Shown here: in pieces, positions 7,430-15,774 of the stretch
How the letters are laid out: every line of letters begins with the position of its first letter
How positions within the stretch are numbered: the first letter of the stretch is position 1
Assembly (NCBI GenBank): GCA_049288095.1
Contig: JBAQHC010000431.1
Coordinates: 1 to 34,395, forward strand
Length of the DNA stretch: 34,395 nt
Origin: Alphaproteobacteria bacterium
GTDB lineage: Bacteria > Pseudomonadota > Alphaproteobacteria > CAWBKL01
Direction: 5' to 3'
Translations under genes and position numbers: made by a program
Notes under the pieces: generated by a model
Seen by the model: the letters and a program-made list of their open reading frames with translations, nothing else
The model's database searches: none
Told to the model about the DNA's origin: nothing

Positions 7430-9037
7430 ATGACCCCTACGCATCTCTTGCGCTTTCTCGACCATCATTCGCTCTTGACGTTCGGAGTCGCAGCGAGCCT
7501 CATCGCCGCCGTCACCCTAATCATGATTGGCCGGAAATTGCTCACGCGTATTCGGCGCGCCGAAACGGAGCTTGAACAACTACGCAATCGCATAGGTGCA
7601 ATCTATGCGGCTGTGCCATTCGGCATCTGCGCGATTGAGGATGACAAGCGCATCGTATCAAACGAAAAGTTCAACACTTTATTGCGGCCGCTGATGAAGA
7701 CGGTTTCGTCGAATCAAACCTCCGCACGCACCAAACCGGGCGAACCTGATGCAGGCGACTTGGCTGTGATCAACTATCTGAGACACGAGGACCACGATCG
7801 CGTCGTCAACTTGGATGGCGAAAACTCGATCCTTATCCGGTCAATCCGCGTTCCCGGTTCTAGATACAGGGTTGCGACAGTGGCAAATGTCACTGAGCGC
7901 ATGCGCCTGCAGACGGAATCCGCAGAAGCGAAGGCCAAGGCGGAGCTTGCATCGCTCGTGAATACGGAGTTCAGCGCGAGAATGAGCCGCGAGATCCGGA
8001 CGGCGGTCAGCGGCATCGTTGGCATGGTCGATCTCGCATGTGATGATGGCATCAGCGAGCGGCAAGCAGGCTACCTGCAGAGAATTCATGAATCCGCGTA
8101 TTCCATTCTCGAAGTTGTCGATGACTTGCTGGGCCTATCAAGAGTTGGAACCGCCAACCCGCAGGCCGCCGCTCCGTCCATAGCCATTTCCGCGCATGGT
8201 GCGAGCCCCCCGCCCCCACACACTGAACGGAACACTGAGCGCATCCTTGTCGCCGAGGACAACCCCATAAATCGAGAAGTCATCGAGGGGCAGCTGGCAA
8301 AGCTCGGCTACGAATGCGAGGTGACCGGCGGCGGAGAGCAGGCATTCGAACGCTGGCTGAGTGGCCGTTTCGCGCTCTTGCTCACAGATTGCGAAATGCC
8401 TGGTGTCAGTGGATTTGAGCTCGCCCGGCGCATCAGAGCCGAGGAACTAGCCAAAGGCCTACCGCGAACACCAATAGTTGCGATTACCGCTAACGTTATG
8501 CCAAGTGACAGAGAGCGTTGCCGATCATCTGGAATGGACGATTATCTGGCAAAGCCGTTCTCACTCGGACAGTTGAGAAAAGTCATCGACGCGCGGCTCG
8601 GGCGTGCAATAAGCAGTGCTGCTAGCCAGGAGCACGCCGAAGAAGTTACATCAACGGCGCAATTAAACGAGGGTCAACCGGAGGATAGGCACGCATCGCC
8701 CGCGGTGCTGGATCTCAGTCTCTTGCGCGAGATCTACCCAGATAACGAGTCGAGGATTGGGCAACTGATCGCTCGCTTCTTGGCGATCGCCGACGAAATA
8801 GCCGGCGACATCGATAGGCTGGCCGATCAGCGCAATGGCGATGAGCTAGCTGACGCAAGCCATAAACTTAAATCGTCGGCTCTCACAAGCGGCGCATTTG
8901 CGCTCGCCGAGGTTTGCGGCACCCTGGAAGAGGCTGGCCGGGACTTGGACTGGCTGACAATTTCCGTTGCGCGACATCAGCTGGGCCCAGAACTCGAGCG
9001 GGTTCGCAGAGCAATTGGTGCGTCAGCCGGTAGTTGA
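7430..9037 (+). CDS. Membrane-anchored PAS-DHp(degenerate)-receiver-Hpt phosphorelay protein lacking an ATPase (HATPase_c) domain
   Basis: ORF 7331..9037 opens with TTG. I prefer the ATG at 7430 (MTPTHLL...), which has GAGGA 12 nt upstream. Domains read by eye, in order. TM segment 'LLTFGVAASLIAAVTLIMIG'. PAS-like 'AVPFGICAIEDDKRIVSNEKFNTLL...VANVTERMRLQ'. HisKA-like helix 'FSARMSREIRTAVSGIVGMVDL', with Arg where the phospho-His normally sits. No N/G1/G2 boxes. Receiver 'ILVAEDNPINRE...LLLTDCEMPGVSG...VAITAN...YLAKPF'. C-terminal Hpt 'ASHKLKSSALTSGAFALAEVCGTLEEAG'. Confidence 0.8.
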   Translation: MTPTHLLRFLDHHSLLTFGVAASLIAAVTLIMIGRKLLTRIRRAETELEQLRNRIGAIYAAVPFGICAIEDDKRIVSNEKFNTLLRPLMKTVSSNQTSARTKPGEPDAGDLAVINYLRHEDHDRVVNLDGENSILIRSIRVPGSRYRVATVANVTERMRLQTESAEAKAKAELASLVNTEFSARMSREIRTAVSGIVGMVDLACDDGISERQAGYLQRIHESAYSILEVVDDLLGLSRVGTANPQAAAPSIAISAHGASPPPPHTERNTERILVAEDNPINREVIEGQLAKLGYECEVTGGGEQAFERWLSGRFALLLTDCEMPGVSGFELARRIRAEELAKGLPRTPIVAITANVMPSDRERCRSSGMDDYLAKPFSLGQLRKVIDARLGRAISSAASQEHAEEVTSTAQLNEGQPEDRHASPAVLDLSLLREIYPDNESRIGQLIARFLAIADEIAGDIDRLADQRNGDELADASHKLKSSALTSGAFALAEVCGTLEEAGRDLDWLTISVARHQLGPELERVRRAIGASAGS

Positions 9038-10308
9038 TCGGAATTGAATTCGTCCTTGAACAGATCAACCATCTCCTGGGCGAAGGCATGACGCGGTGTT
9101 GCCACGGCCGGCCGGATGGCCGCCCCCTCGAGATAACGAAACCCCGTTCCGAGCAGCGCTATCACGAGACTTCTTGTCGATAGCCCAAATGCGAATGATG
9201 GAATGTTCTTGGCATCTGCAGCAATGCAGAATTCGCGGGCTCTGGAGACGATACTGCGCTCATCAATCGTCCCATTAGGGATGGAAAAGCCCACACATGC
9301 CGTCTTCGTGTTTACGAAACGCTCCACACCAACGTCGCCGCAGCCGATACACGCATAGATCGCGCGACTATATTGCGAGAGCTTTGGAAATTCCTGAGCG
9401 ATGCGAATATTTGGCAGACCGGAATCGAGCCCGTGAACACATGCAATCAGATCCTGTGAGACCTCGCTGTGTAGGGAATTGAGAGCGGCCTTGAATGGTA
9501 TCCAGGCCTTCGATCTCGCTATCGTCGACCAGTGAACGGGAAAGACGATGAGGACCCTGCGATTTTGACTCCTGAGTTCGCGCACCTTCTGCGCGCAGTC
9601 CTCGAGAATTCTGAGATCAATCTCGACTTGCTCTTCGGTTTCCTCAGCAACCGGAAATTGCGAACCGCTTGGTTCGGCAGCGCGTAGATGGGGCCTGCAG
9701 AGATACGTGACAACGACCCGCCTGAACGTATCCCAGACGGGACTATATTTGAATTCCACGTCCGATAGGTCCGCGACGACCGCAGCACCAAGCGGATCGA
9801 TCAAGCGAATTGATCGACGCTTGTCCTGCTTCGGCGATGAATCCGCTGTTTCGGCCACCTCACCGTCACGATCGAATATCGTCTCAACACCCTTGGCCTC
9901 AAGCATTGTATCCAGAGTGGCCTCAACATTCACGTCTTCGCTCAAAATCGAGCCGTCCGCGTTGCATGTCACCGTTCTCACGCGCACGATGTCTTCATCT
10001 TCGCCGAAGAGCTTTCGGCAAACGCCCTGAGCGATCTTTGCGCATATCAGAGATGACTCGTTGATATCGCGGTCCTTGAAGAGCACGACGTAGGCAAGCT
10101 CGTCTATTTGAAAATAGACATCACCGTCTCCGAGCTCATTTGTAATTGCTCGCTCTACCGTTATCGAGATGTGGGAACGCGATTTCTCCCATCTGTCGCC
10201 TAACTTCTCGCGTATGCGCGAAAGGCCGATCATCTGGAGTTTGCCTGCGGCAACGGTCGGATTGCTCCCCAGCAGCGCCGTGATCTTCTCTGTGAGCGGC
10301 TGCGCCAT
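8977..10308 (-). CDS. Hypothetical protein with degenerate GGDEF-like N-terminal and degenerate EAL-like C-terminal domains (inferred)
   Basis: 443-aa ORF starting 3 nt after the stop of the upstream receiver gene. The N-terminal segment 'LQMIGLSRIREKLGDRWEK...DVYFQIDELAYVVLF' follows the GGDEF-fold pattern but lacks GG(D/E)EF. The C-terminal segments are 'YSPVWDTFRRVVVTYLCRP', 'VFPVHWSTI', 'DLIACVHG', 'IYACIGCGD', 'SFAFGLSTRS' and 'GFRYLEGAAIRP'. They line up with the EAL-domain blocks YQPIxxLxxGxxxGxEALxR, sVNls, ElTE, alDDFG, AEGVEt and GxxxxQGxxxxxP, with every catalytic residue replaced. The CDS call is solid; the domain call is by eye only. Confidence 0.7.
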   Translation of the reverse strand: MAQPLTEKITALLGSNPTVAAGKLQMIGLSRIREKLGDRWEKSRSHISITVERAITNELGDGDVYFQIDELAYVVLFKDRDINESSLICAKIAQGVCRKLFGEDEDIVRVRTVTCNADGSILSEDVNVEATLDTMLEAKGVETIFDRDGEVAETADSSPKQDKRRSIRLIDPLGAAVVADLSDVEFKYSPVWDTFRRVVVTYLCRPHLRAAEPSGSQFPVAEETEEQVEIDLRILEDCAQKVRELRSQNRRVLIVFPVHWSTIARSKAWIPFKAALNSLHSEVSQDLIACVHGLDSGLPNIRIAQEFPKLSQYSRAIYACIGCGDVGVERFVNTKTACVGFSIPNGTIDERSIVSRAREFCIAADAKNIPSFAFGLSTRSLVIALLGTGFRYLEGAAIRPAVATPRHAFAQEMVDLFKDEFNSDQLPADAPIALRTRSSSGPS

Positions 10309-10311
10309 CGG

Positions 10312-10752
10312 CTATTTCGACTTCCAGCTCGCTTCGGTCGAGGAGACTGAGCGCCCCCACAAAAGCTGCGCGGCATGATCAAGCAGGGTTGCCGGCTTAA
10401 TCGGCTTCTTGAGCACGACGTTCGCGCCGAAGCGATCGGCAATGACGAGGAAATCCTCAATCTGTTTCCTGCCGCCGCCGCTGATCGCGATAACCTTCAT
10501 ATCCGGGTATTTGCGCTTCACTTGGATAAGAGTTTCGAGTCCCTCTTTTTCCGGCATGATGATGTCGAGGATGATGAGGTCTGGCGTCCGTAACGAAATC
10601 TCTGCCAGGGCAAAGTTGCCGTTCTCTGCAACGGAAACAGTGCATCCTATCCGCTCGAACAGCTCCTTCGTCAGAGTACGAACAAGTTCGTCATCGTCGA
10701 CGACGAGCACGTGCTTGAGGATCGAACGTTTAGTCACGTCGGTCGTTTCCAT
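10312..10752 (-). CDS. Single-domain response regulator (CheY-like receiver)
   Basis: 146 aa. Motifs 'VLVVDDDE', phospho-acceptor 'LIILDIIMPEKEG', 'VIAISGGG' and 'VVLKKP' show that all canonical receiver residues are present. Confidence 0.9.
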   Translation of the reverse strand: METTDVTKRSILKHVLVVDDDELVRTLTKELFERIGCTVSVAENGNFALAEISLRTPDLIILDIIMPEKEGLETLIQVKRKYPDMKVIAISGGGRKQIEDFLVIADRFGANVVLKKPIKPATLLDHAAQLLWGRSVSSTEASWKSK

Positions 10753-11056
10753 AACCGGTACCCGTGTGACGTGAGAGCTGATCCGATTTCTAGCCCCAAC
10801 CGGTTGAACAGGAGTGAATCAATCGCAGGTGTCGGCTTCTCAATGCCGACAAAAGTTCCGTCTGGAACGTTCAGCGCCGACGAATTCGCGGAGCGGCAGA
10901 AACTGACAAACCTTGCTGCAAATTAAGTCCGCGTTATTCGCTCGACGCGGTGGAGCCCGCACGCGCAAATCTGGTTAGCGTTCGCTAACCTAGCCGATGC
11001 CAACTTGCCTTGAGGCGACAGGTTCGCTCTTCCCAACATCGAGCATAGATTGCGCA

Positions 11057-11449
11057 CTATCTCTTTCGCACCCCTCCAGGGGAGCGCAATTCGTCCAGAT
11101 AATGAGACAACTGGTCGATACCATAAGGTTTCACAAGAACCAGAATGTTTAAGCCATCCCCTTCGGTCGCAATGTCCTCGGCGTTCTTGTCGCCGGTTAG
11201 AACGACAATGGGTATGCCCTGAAAGCTATAGGGACTCTCAGAGATAGTTCGAAGCAAGACGCGCCCGCTCATTTGCGGCATATAAACATCGGTGATCAAG
11301 ATGTCCGGCCGTAACTCCTGAAGACCGGCCAGTGCGTCGAATGCCTTCTGATACACGATTGGCGTAAAGCCTCCCCTGCGGCAGACATCCGACAGAATCT
11401 CTGCGGTAACTGGGTGGTCCTCGACGATTACAGCGACTAGTTCTTTCAC
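11057..11449 (-). CDS. Single-domain response regulator (CheY-like receiver), divergent from the chemosensory operon
   Basis: 130 aa. Motifs 'VAVIVEDHP', 'ILITDVYMPQMSG', 'IVVLTGD' and 'LVLVKPYG' show an intact receiver signature. Confidence 0.9.
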   Translation of the reverse strand: MKELVAVIVEDHPVTAEILSDVCRRGGFTPIVYQKAFDALAGLQELRPDILITDVYMPQMSGRVLLRTISESPYSFQGIPIVVLTGDKNAEDIATEGDGLNILVLVKPYGIDQLSHYLDELRSPGGVRKR

Positions 11450-11742
11450 CTGCCGGACTCGATCTCAGTTCAGTGCGCCAGCGTTCAAGCTAGCGTCAGC
11501 AAGCTAACGCAGCGTTGAACCCTGCTGCGATCAGTAGAAGACCTTAGAGCTATCGCCTCAAGAAGCTGACATTCGTTGCGCGTAATTTGCGCCGAAGAAC
11601 GATTTTGCGACAGAGTTCCAGAGATTGTGCTGATGGGAACTCGCACTTTTCGGAAAATTTACGCTCCTCCTTTACAGGCTAACCTACCTGCTCGTTGCGT
11701 AATCCCGAGACTCCATCCGCGTCATCGAGTGGCAGAGCGCAA

Positions 11743-12261
11743 ATGGCAATCAGCACTGCACAAACGGGAACTGAGTTCGCGTTGGGGCCGGGGTTATCGC
11801 CGGGTCACGCGCCCGCAATGGCCATGCCATGGTTGATGTTCCGTACTGCCGGGCACGTTGCCGCTCTTCCAATTTCACACGTGGTTGAGACGCTGCGGGC
11901 CTTGCCTATCGAATCTGTGAGCGGTGCACCGCCTCATGTGATCGGCCTCTCGATTATCAGAGGCGCACCAACCGCAATCGTCGACACGGCATTGCTGTTT
12001 GGGCGCGAGCCGACCAAACATCAGCGCACCGTAGTGGTTCGTGTGGGTGAGCGCACGATAGGGCTGGCGGCCGAGGAAATCCTCGGCGCCCGTGCCATTG
12101 GCAGCGAGGCACTGGAGCGGTTGCCGTCGCTCTTCGGAAATGTCGAATCGGTTAGCGCGGTCACAATTCGTGATGAAATGCTCGTGTTTGTCTTGGAGGC
12201 GGCGCGCATCATCTCGGATGAGTTGCTCGCAAGCCTCCTCACTCAGGGTACGCGAGCATGA
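11743..12261 (+). CDS. cheW: CheW-like coupling protein
   Basis: ORF 11695..12261 opens with TTG. The ATG at 11743 is chosen, but 11818 (MAMPWLMF...) is also possible, so the start is uncertain. CheW-domain pattern: 'WLMFRTAGHVAALPISHVVETLRALPIESVSGAPPHVIGLSIIRGAPTAIVD...GLAAEEILG'. Its stop overlaps the next start (ATGA at 12258..12261). Confidence 0.85.
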   Translation: MAISTAQTGTEFALGPGLSPGHAPAMAMPWLMFRTAGHVAALPISHVVETLRALPIESVSGAPPHVIGLSIIRGAPTAIVDTALLFGREPTKHQRTVVVRVGERTIGLAAEEILGARAIGSEALERLPSLFGNVESVSAVTIRDEMLVFVLEAARIISDELLASLLTQGTRA

Positions 12262-13763
12262 TCGCGCAAGCGCCCGAGGATCAAGCAGAGCGGTTCCGTG
12301 GCGTCATCGCCGATCGAGTTGGCCTGCGCTTTGAGAACAATAAGCTCGGAATGCTCGCAGAGATATTGCACCGGCGATCAAAGGCGCTCAATTGCAATGC
12401 CGACGTTTATCTTTGGCAATTGGAGCATGACCCACCAAGGAACGAATGGGGCGCGCTTGCGAGCGAGCTGACCGTCGGCGAGACATATTTCTTCCGCAAC
12501 TCCGAGCAGTTTGCGGCGCTCGCCGAAGTCGTTCTGCCGGAGCGCATGCGCATTCGCGCGGGCAAGCCCTTGCGCCTTCTCTCGGCCGGTTGCTCTTCGG
12601 GTGAAGAAGCCTATTCCCTGGCCATTATCGCGCGCGAAACGCTCGACAACGTATCAAGTGCCGTCGAGATTCTCGCAGGCGACCTCAACCCCGCTGTCTT
12701 GCGGCGGGCCGAGCGTGCCCATTATTCCTCTTGGGCACTGCGCGAAACGCCGCCTGAGATGCGCGCCAGATGGTTTCGCCGCGACGGCAATGAGATGGTG
12801 CTCGACGACTCCATCCGCTGCGCGGTCAAGTTCGAAACCGTAAATCTCGCCGACGATGATGCGTATATCTGGCAACCCGGCGCTTATGATGTCGTTTTTT
12901 GCCGCAATGTGCTCATGTATTTCGAGCCCGAGCAGATGCGAGCTGCCATTGCGCGCATAGCGCATTCGCTCGCGGCGGGCGGTTTTCTCTTCCTGGGGCA
13001 TGCGGAGACGCTTCGCGGCATCTCCGACCGCTTCAACATCGTCAACACGCACGAGACTTTTTATTATCGGCTGAAGGAGGCCGACGAGCCCGCGCAAGAG
13101 CGAGTCGTTAGGCTGGTACCGCGCCGTCCGATACAACATCCGCCATCGCCAATCGCCGACACATCCTGGTTTGATCAAATCAAACGCGCGAGCGAACGCG
13201 TGGCCCAGCTTGTCCCGCTCGCAGAGACGACGGAGGCGACGCCTGAGCAAGCGCCCGCGCTGTTCGATCCCAGCTCCGTGCTCGAGCTTATGCGCAAGGA
13301 GCGATATGCCGATGCGCTAAGCGTCGTGCGCGAAGGCGTGCCATCGAGTGCCCTCAACCCCCAATCCATATTGATCGAAGCGATCCTCTTGACGCATGGC
13401 GGTCAGCTCGCCGCAGCAGAAGCTCTCGCCATGCGCCTCCTTGCGATCGATAGTCAGAATGCAGCTGCGCACTATGTGCTTGCGCTTTGCAGCGAGCATG
13501 CAGGCCTCGCCGAGCGCGCCGTGGAGCATCATCGCACAGCGGCGCGGATCGACCCGAGCTTTGCGATGCCGCGACTGCATCTTGGCCTTCTCACGCGCCG
13601 CGCTGGCGAGCGGCAGTTGGCGCGTGATGAGTTTGCGAAAGCACTGTTCCTGCTGGCGCGCGAAGACGCGCAGCGCCTCATTCTCTTTGGCGGCGGGTTT
13701 AATCGCGACGCGCTAATGGCCCTTTGCAGCTCCGCGCTTGCGGAATGCGAGGCTCGCTCATGA
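12258..13763 (+). CDS. cheR: CheR-type protein-glutamate O-methyltransferase with C-terminal TPR region
   Basis: 501 aa. It has 'ETYFFRN' and the SAM-binding 'LRLLSAGCSSGEEAYSLAI' and 'YDVVFCRNVLMYF'. The C-terminal ~170 aa is helical and TPR-like ('AAHYVLALCSEHAGLAERAVEHHRTAARIDPSF'), as in WspC-type CheRs. Confidence 0.9.
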   Translation: MIAQAPEDQAERFRGVIADRVGLRFENNKLGMLAEILHRRSKALNCNADVYLWQLEHDPPRNEWGALASELTVGETYFFRNSEQFAALAEVVLPERMRIRAGKPLRLLSAGCSSGEEAYSLAIIARETLDNVSSAVEILAGDLNPAVLRRAERAHYSSWALRETPPEMRARWFRRDGNEMVLDDSIRCAVKFETVNLADDDAYIWQPGAYDVVFCRNVLMYFEPEQMRAAIARIAHSLAAGGFLFLGHAETLRGISDRFNIVNTHETFYYRLKEADEPAQERVVRLVPRRPIQHPPSPIADTSWFDQIKRASERVAQLVPLAETTEATPEQAPALFDPSSVLELMRKERYADALSVVREGVPSSALNPQSILIEAILLTHGGQLAAAEALAMRLLAIDSQNAAAHYVLALCSEHAGLAERAVEHHRTAARIDPSFAMPRLHLGLLTRRAGERQLARDEFAKALFLLAREDAQRLILFGGGFNRDALMALCSSALAECEARS

Positions 13764-14263
13764 GCACGCCGGCGACGAAATTGTTACCGAGAGCGCTGGA
13801 GTTGCGCCGCGAATTTGATCGCAGCTTCGCGCTTGCCCCAAGTGCCGGCGAGACGGCAAGGATCGAGCTCCTTGCCATCAGCGTTGCCGCAAATCAATTC
13901 GCGCTGAGACTTTCGGACGTTGCCGGCATTTATGCCGACAAGCGAATTACGCGTGTGCCTGGCGCAGCGCCGTCAATGCTCGGCATCGCCGGCTTTCGAG
14001 GCTCGATTGCGCCGATATACGATCTCGCTCGCCTCATGGGTCAGCCGCAAAGTCACGCGCCGCGTTGGCTGGTCGTCGCGCGGGCAGCCCCAATCGCCAT
14101 TGCCTTCGACGGCTTCGACGGCCAGCTGCGCCTCACTGCAGACGCAATCAAACCGCAGCAGTCGCGCGATGCACATGACTACACAAAAGAGTTCGCTCAG
14201 ACCGAAGGCGGCCTCCGGCCGATCATCGATCTGCAGATGGTAATTGAGACAATCAAGGCTTGA
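13760..14263 (+). CDS. cheW: CheW-like coupling protein (second copy)
   Basis: ORF 13724..14263. The ATG at 13760 forms an ATGA overlap with the cheR stop (13760..13763). CheW-domain pattern: '[54 protein letters not shown]'. Confidence 0.85.
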   Translation: MSTPATKLLPRALELRREFDRSFALAPSAGETARIELLAISVAANQFALRLSDVAGIYADKRITRVPGAAPSMLGIAGFRGSIAPIYDLARLMGQPQSHAPRWLVVARAAPIAIAFDGFDGQLRLTADAIKPQQSRDAHDYTKEFAQTEGGLRPIIDLQMVIETIKA

Positions 14264-14298
14264 GGAAGAGCCCACAACGCTCAGTAGGGAGCAAGTCG

Positions 14299-15771
14299 AT
14301 GTTTGGAAATATCACCGTTGGCAAGAGACTCGTATTGGGCTTCGGCGCGGCGGCGTTGACGCTTCTCGCCATTGCGTTCGCTTCTTATCTCAGCATCACC
14401 AAGTCGATCGAAAACGACTCTATGGTTCGGCACACTTATGAGGTTCGCGACAAGATCCAGGATGTCGTCACCGGCCTCCTTAGTGGCGAAACAGGCGTTC
14501 GAGGTTTTGTGATCACCGGCGACGACAGCTATCTCGAACCATATAACGCTGCGCTGAGCGATGTTCCGGCAGCGATCGATAGCCTTCGCAAGCTCACTGT
14601 AGACAATCCTCACCAAGGGCAGCGCTGGGATACCCTCGCACCTTTGCTCGATACTAAATGGGACCAGCTTCGCCAACGCGTCGATGCACGGCGCACCGAG
14701 GGTTTTGACGGTGCCCAGAAGCTTGTGCTCACGAATACGTCCAAGGCGACCATGAACCGGATTCGGTCGATTCTGAAGGATGCCGACGATGAGGAGGCAA
14801 ACCTTCTTTCACGTCGTTTGGAAGCATCAACCTCAAGCGCGCACTTCACGCTTTCGTTCATGATGTGGGGCGGCCTTTTCGGCACCTTAATTGTCGCCAC
14901 GATTGGCTGGCTCATCGCCCGCTCTCTCGCAGCGCAAATAGGCACGGCCGTCGGCCAGGTGAACGGGTCATCGACCGAATTGCAGGCCGCAGCCAATCAA
15001 CAAGCCTCCGGCGCCAAGGAGCAAGCCGCGGCGATGACGGAGATCAGCACAACGATCAGCGAGCTCTTGGCGACATCGCGCCAGATCGCCGAAAGCGCAC
15101 AGCGCGTCGCGCGCAATTCCGAGCAGACGGCAAATGCAGCACGCTCCGGCCATAGCACAGTCGATCTTACTCACGACTCAATTTCCGGCATCAAGCGCCA
15201 GGTCGATCAAATCGTTTCGCACATGCTCGATCTTGGCCGGAAGTCGCAGGAAATCGGTTCGGTGCTCGACATTGTTTCGGAGCTCGCCGAGCAGACCAAT
15301 ATTCTTGCGATCAATGCCACCATCGAGGCGGCAGGGGCTGGCGAATCCGGCAAGCGCTTCGCGGTCGTTGCAGAAGAGATCCGTAAGCTCGCCGATCGCG
15401 TCGGCGACTCGACGAAGGAGGTGCGCACCCTGATCGAGGATGTGCGCAGCGCCGTGAACACAACAGTCATGGCTACAGAGACAGGCTCAAAAGCAGTCGA
15501 CGCCGGAACACGCCAATTCGGCGATGTCGCAACCGCCTTCAAGCAAATCGCCACGCTCGTGACGACAACGACGGATGCTGCGCGCGAGATCGAGCTCTCG
15601 ACCAAGCAGCAATCAACGGCCGTCGAGCAAGTGAACGTTGCGATCGCCAATGTGACGCAGGCTTCGGTCGAGACGGAAACCAGCGCCGGTCAGACGCTGC
15701 AAACCGTGTCTCAGATGGCAACGCTCGCTAAGGATCTTCTGAAGATCATTCAGCCGAAACGCGCCGCGTAA
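14299..15771 (+). CDS. Methyl-accepting chemotaxis protein with periplasmic CHASE3 sensor domain
   Basis: The ATG at 14299 has AGGGA 8 nt upstream. TM1 is '[17 protein letters not shown]'. The CHASE3 signature is '[43 protein letters not shown]'. TM2 is '[20 protein letters not shown]'. The MCP hairpin tip reads '[38 protein letters not shown]'. Confidence 0.9.
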   Translation: MFGNITVGKRLVLGFGAAALTLLAIAFASYLSITKSIENDSMVRHTYEVRDKIQDVVTGLLSGETGVRGFVITGDDSYLEPYNAALSDVPAAIDSLRKLTVDNPHQGQRWDTLAPLLDTKWDQLRQRVDARRTEGFDGAQKLVLTNTSKATMNRIRSILKDADDEEANLLSRRLEASTSSAHFTLSFMMWGGLFGTLIVATIGWLIARSLAAQIGTAVGQVNGSSTELQAAANQQASGAKEQAAAMTEISTTISELLATSRQIAESAQRVARNSEQTANAARSGHSTVDLTHDSISGIKRQVDQIVSHMLDLGRKSQEIGSVLDIVSELAEQTNILAINATIEAAGAGESGKRFAVVAEEIRKLADRVGDSTKEVRTLIEDVRSAVNTTVMATETGSKAVDAGTRQFGDVATAFKQIATLVTTTTDAAREIELSTKQQSTAVEQVNVAIANVTQASVETETSAGQTLQTVSQMATLAKDLLKIIQPKRAA

Positions 15772-15774
15772 CAT

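Noticed and set aside
10830-10851. Inverted repeat TGTCGGC-ttctcaat-GCCGACA between the two lone receiver genes
   Set aside because: There is no U-tract in the minus (transcribed) orientation. A 7-bp stem alone is not enough to call a terminator or operator.
11630-11650. Possible sigma-54 promoter (TGGGAAC...) upstream of cheW
   Set aside because: The GG and GC elements are not at the required spacing relative to the TGGCAC-N5-TTGCW consensus.
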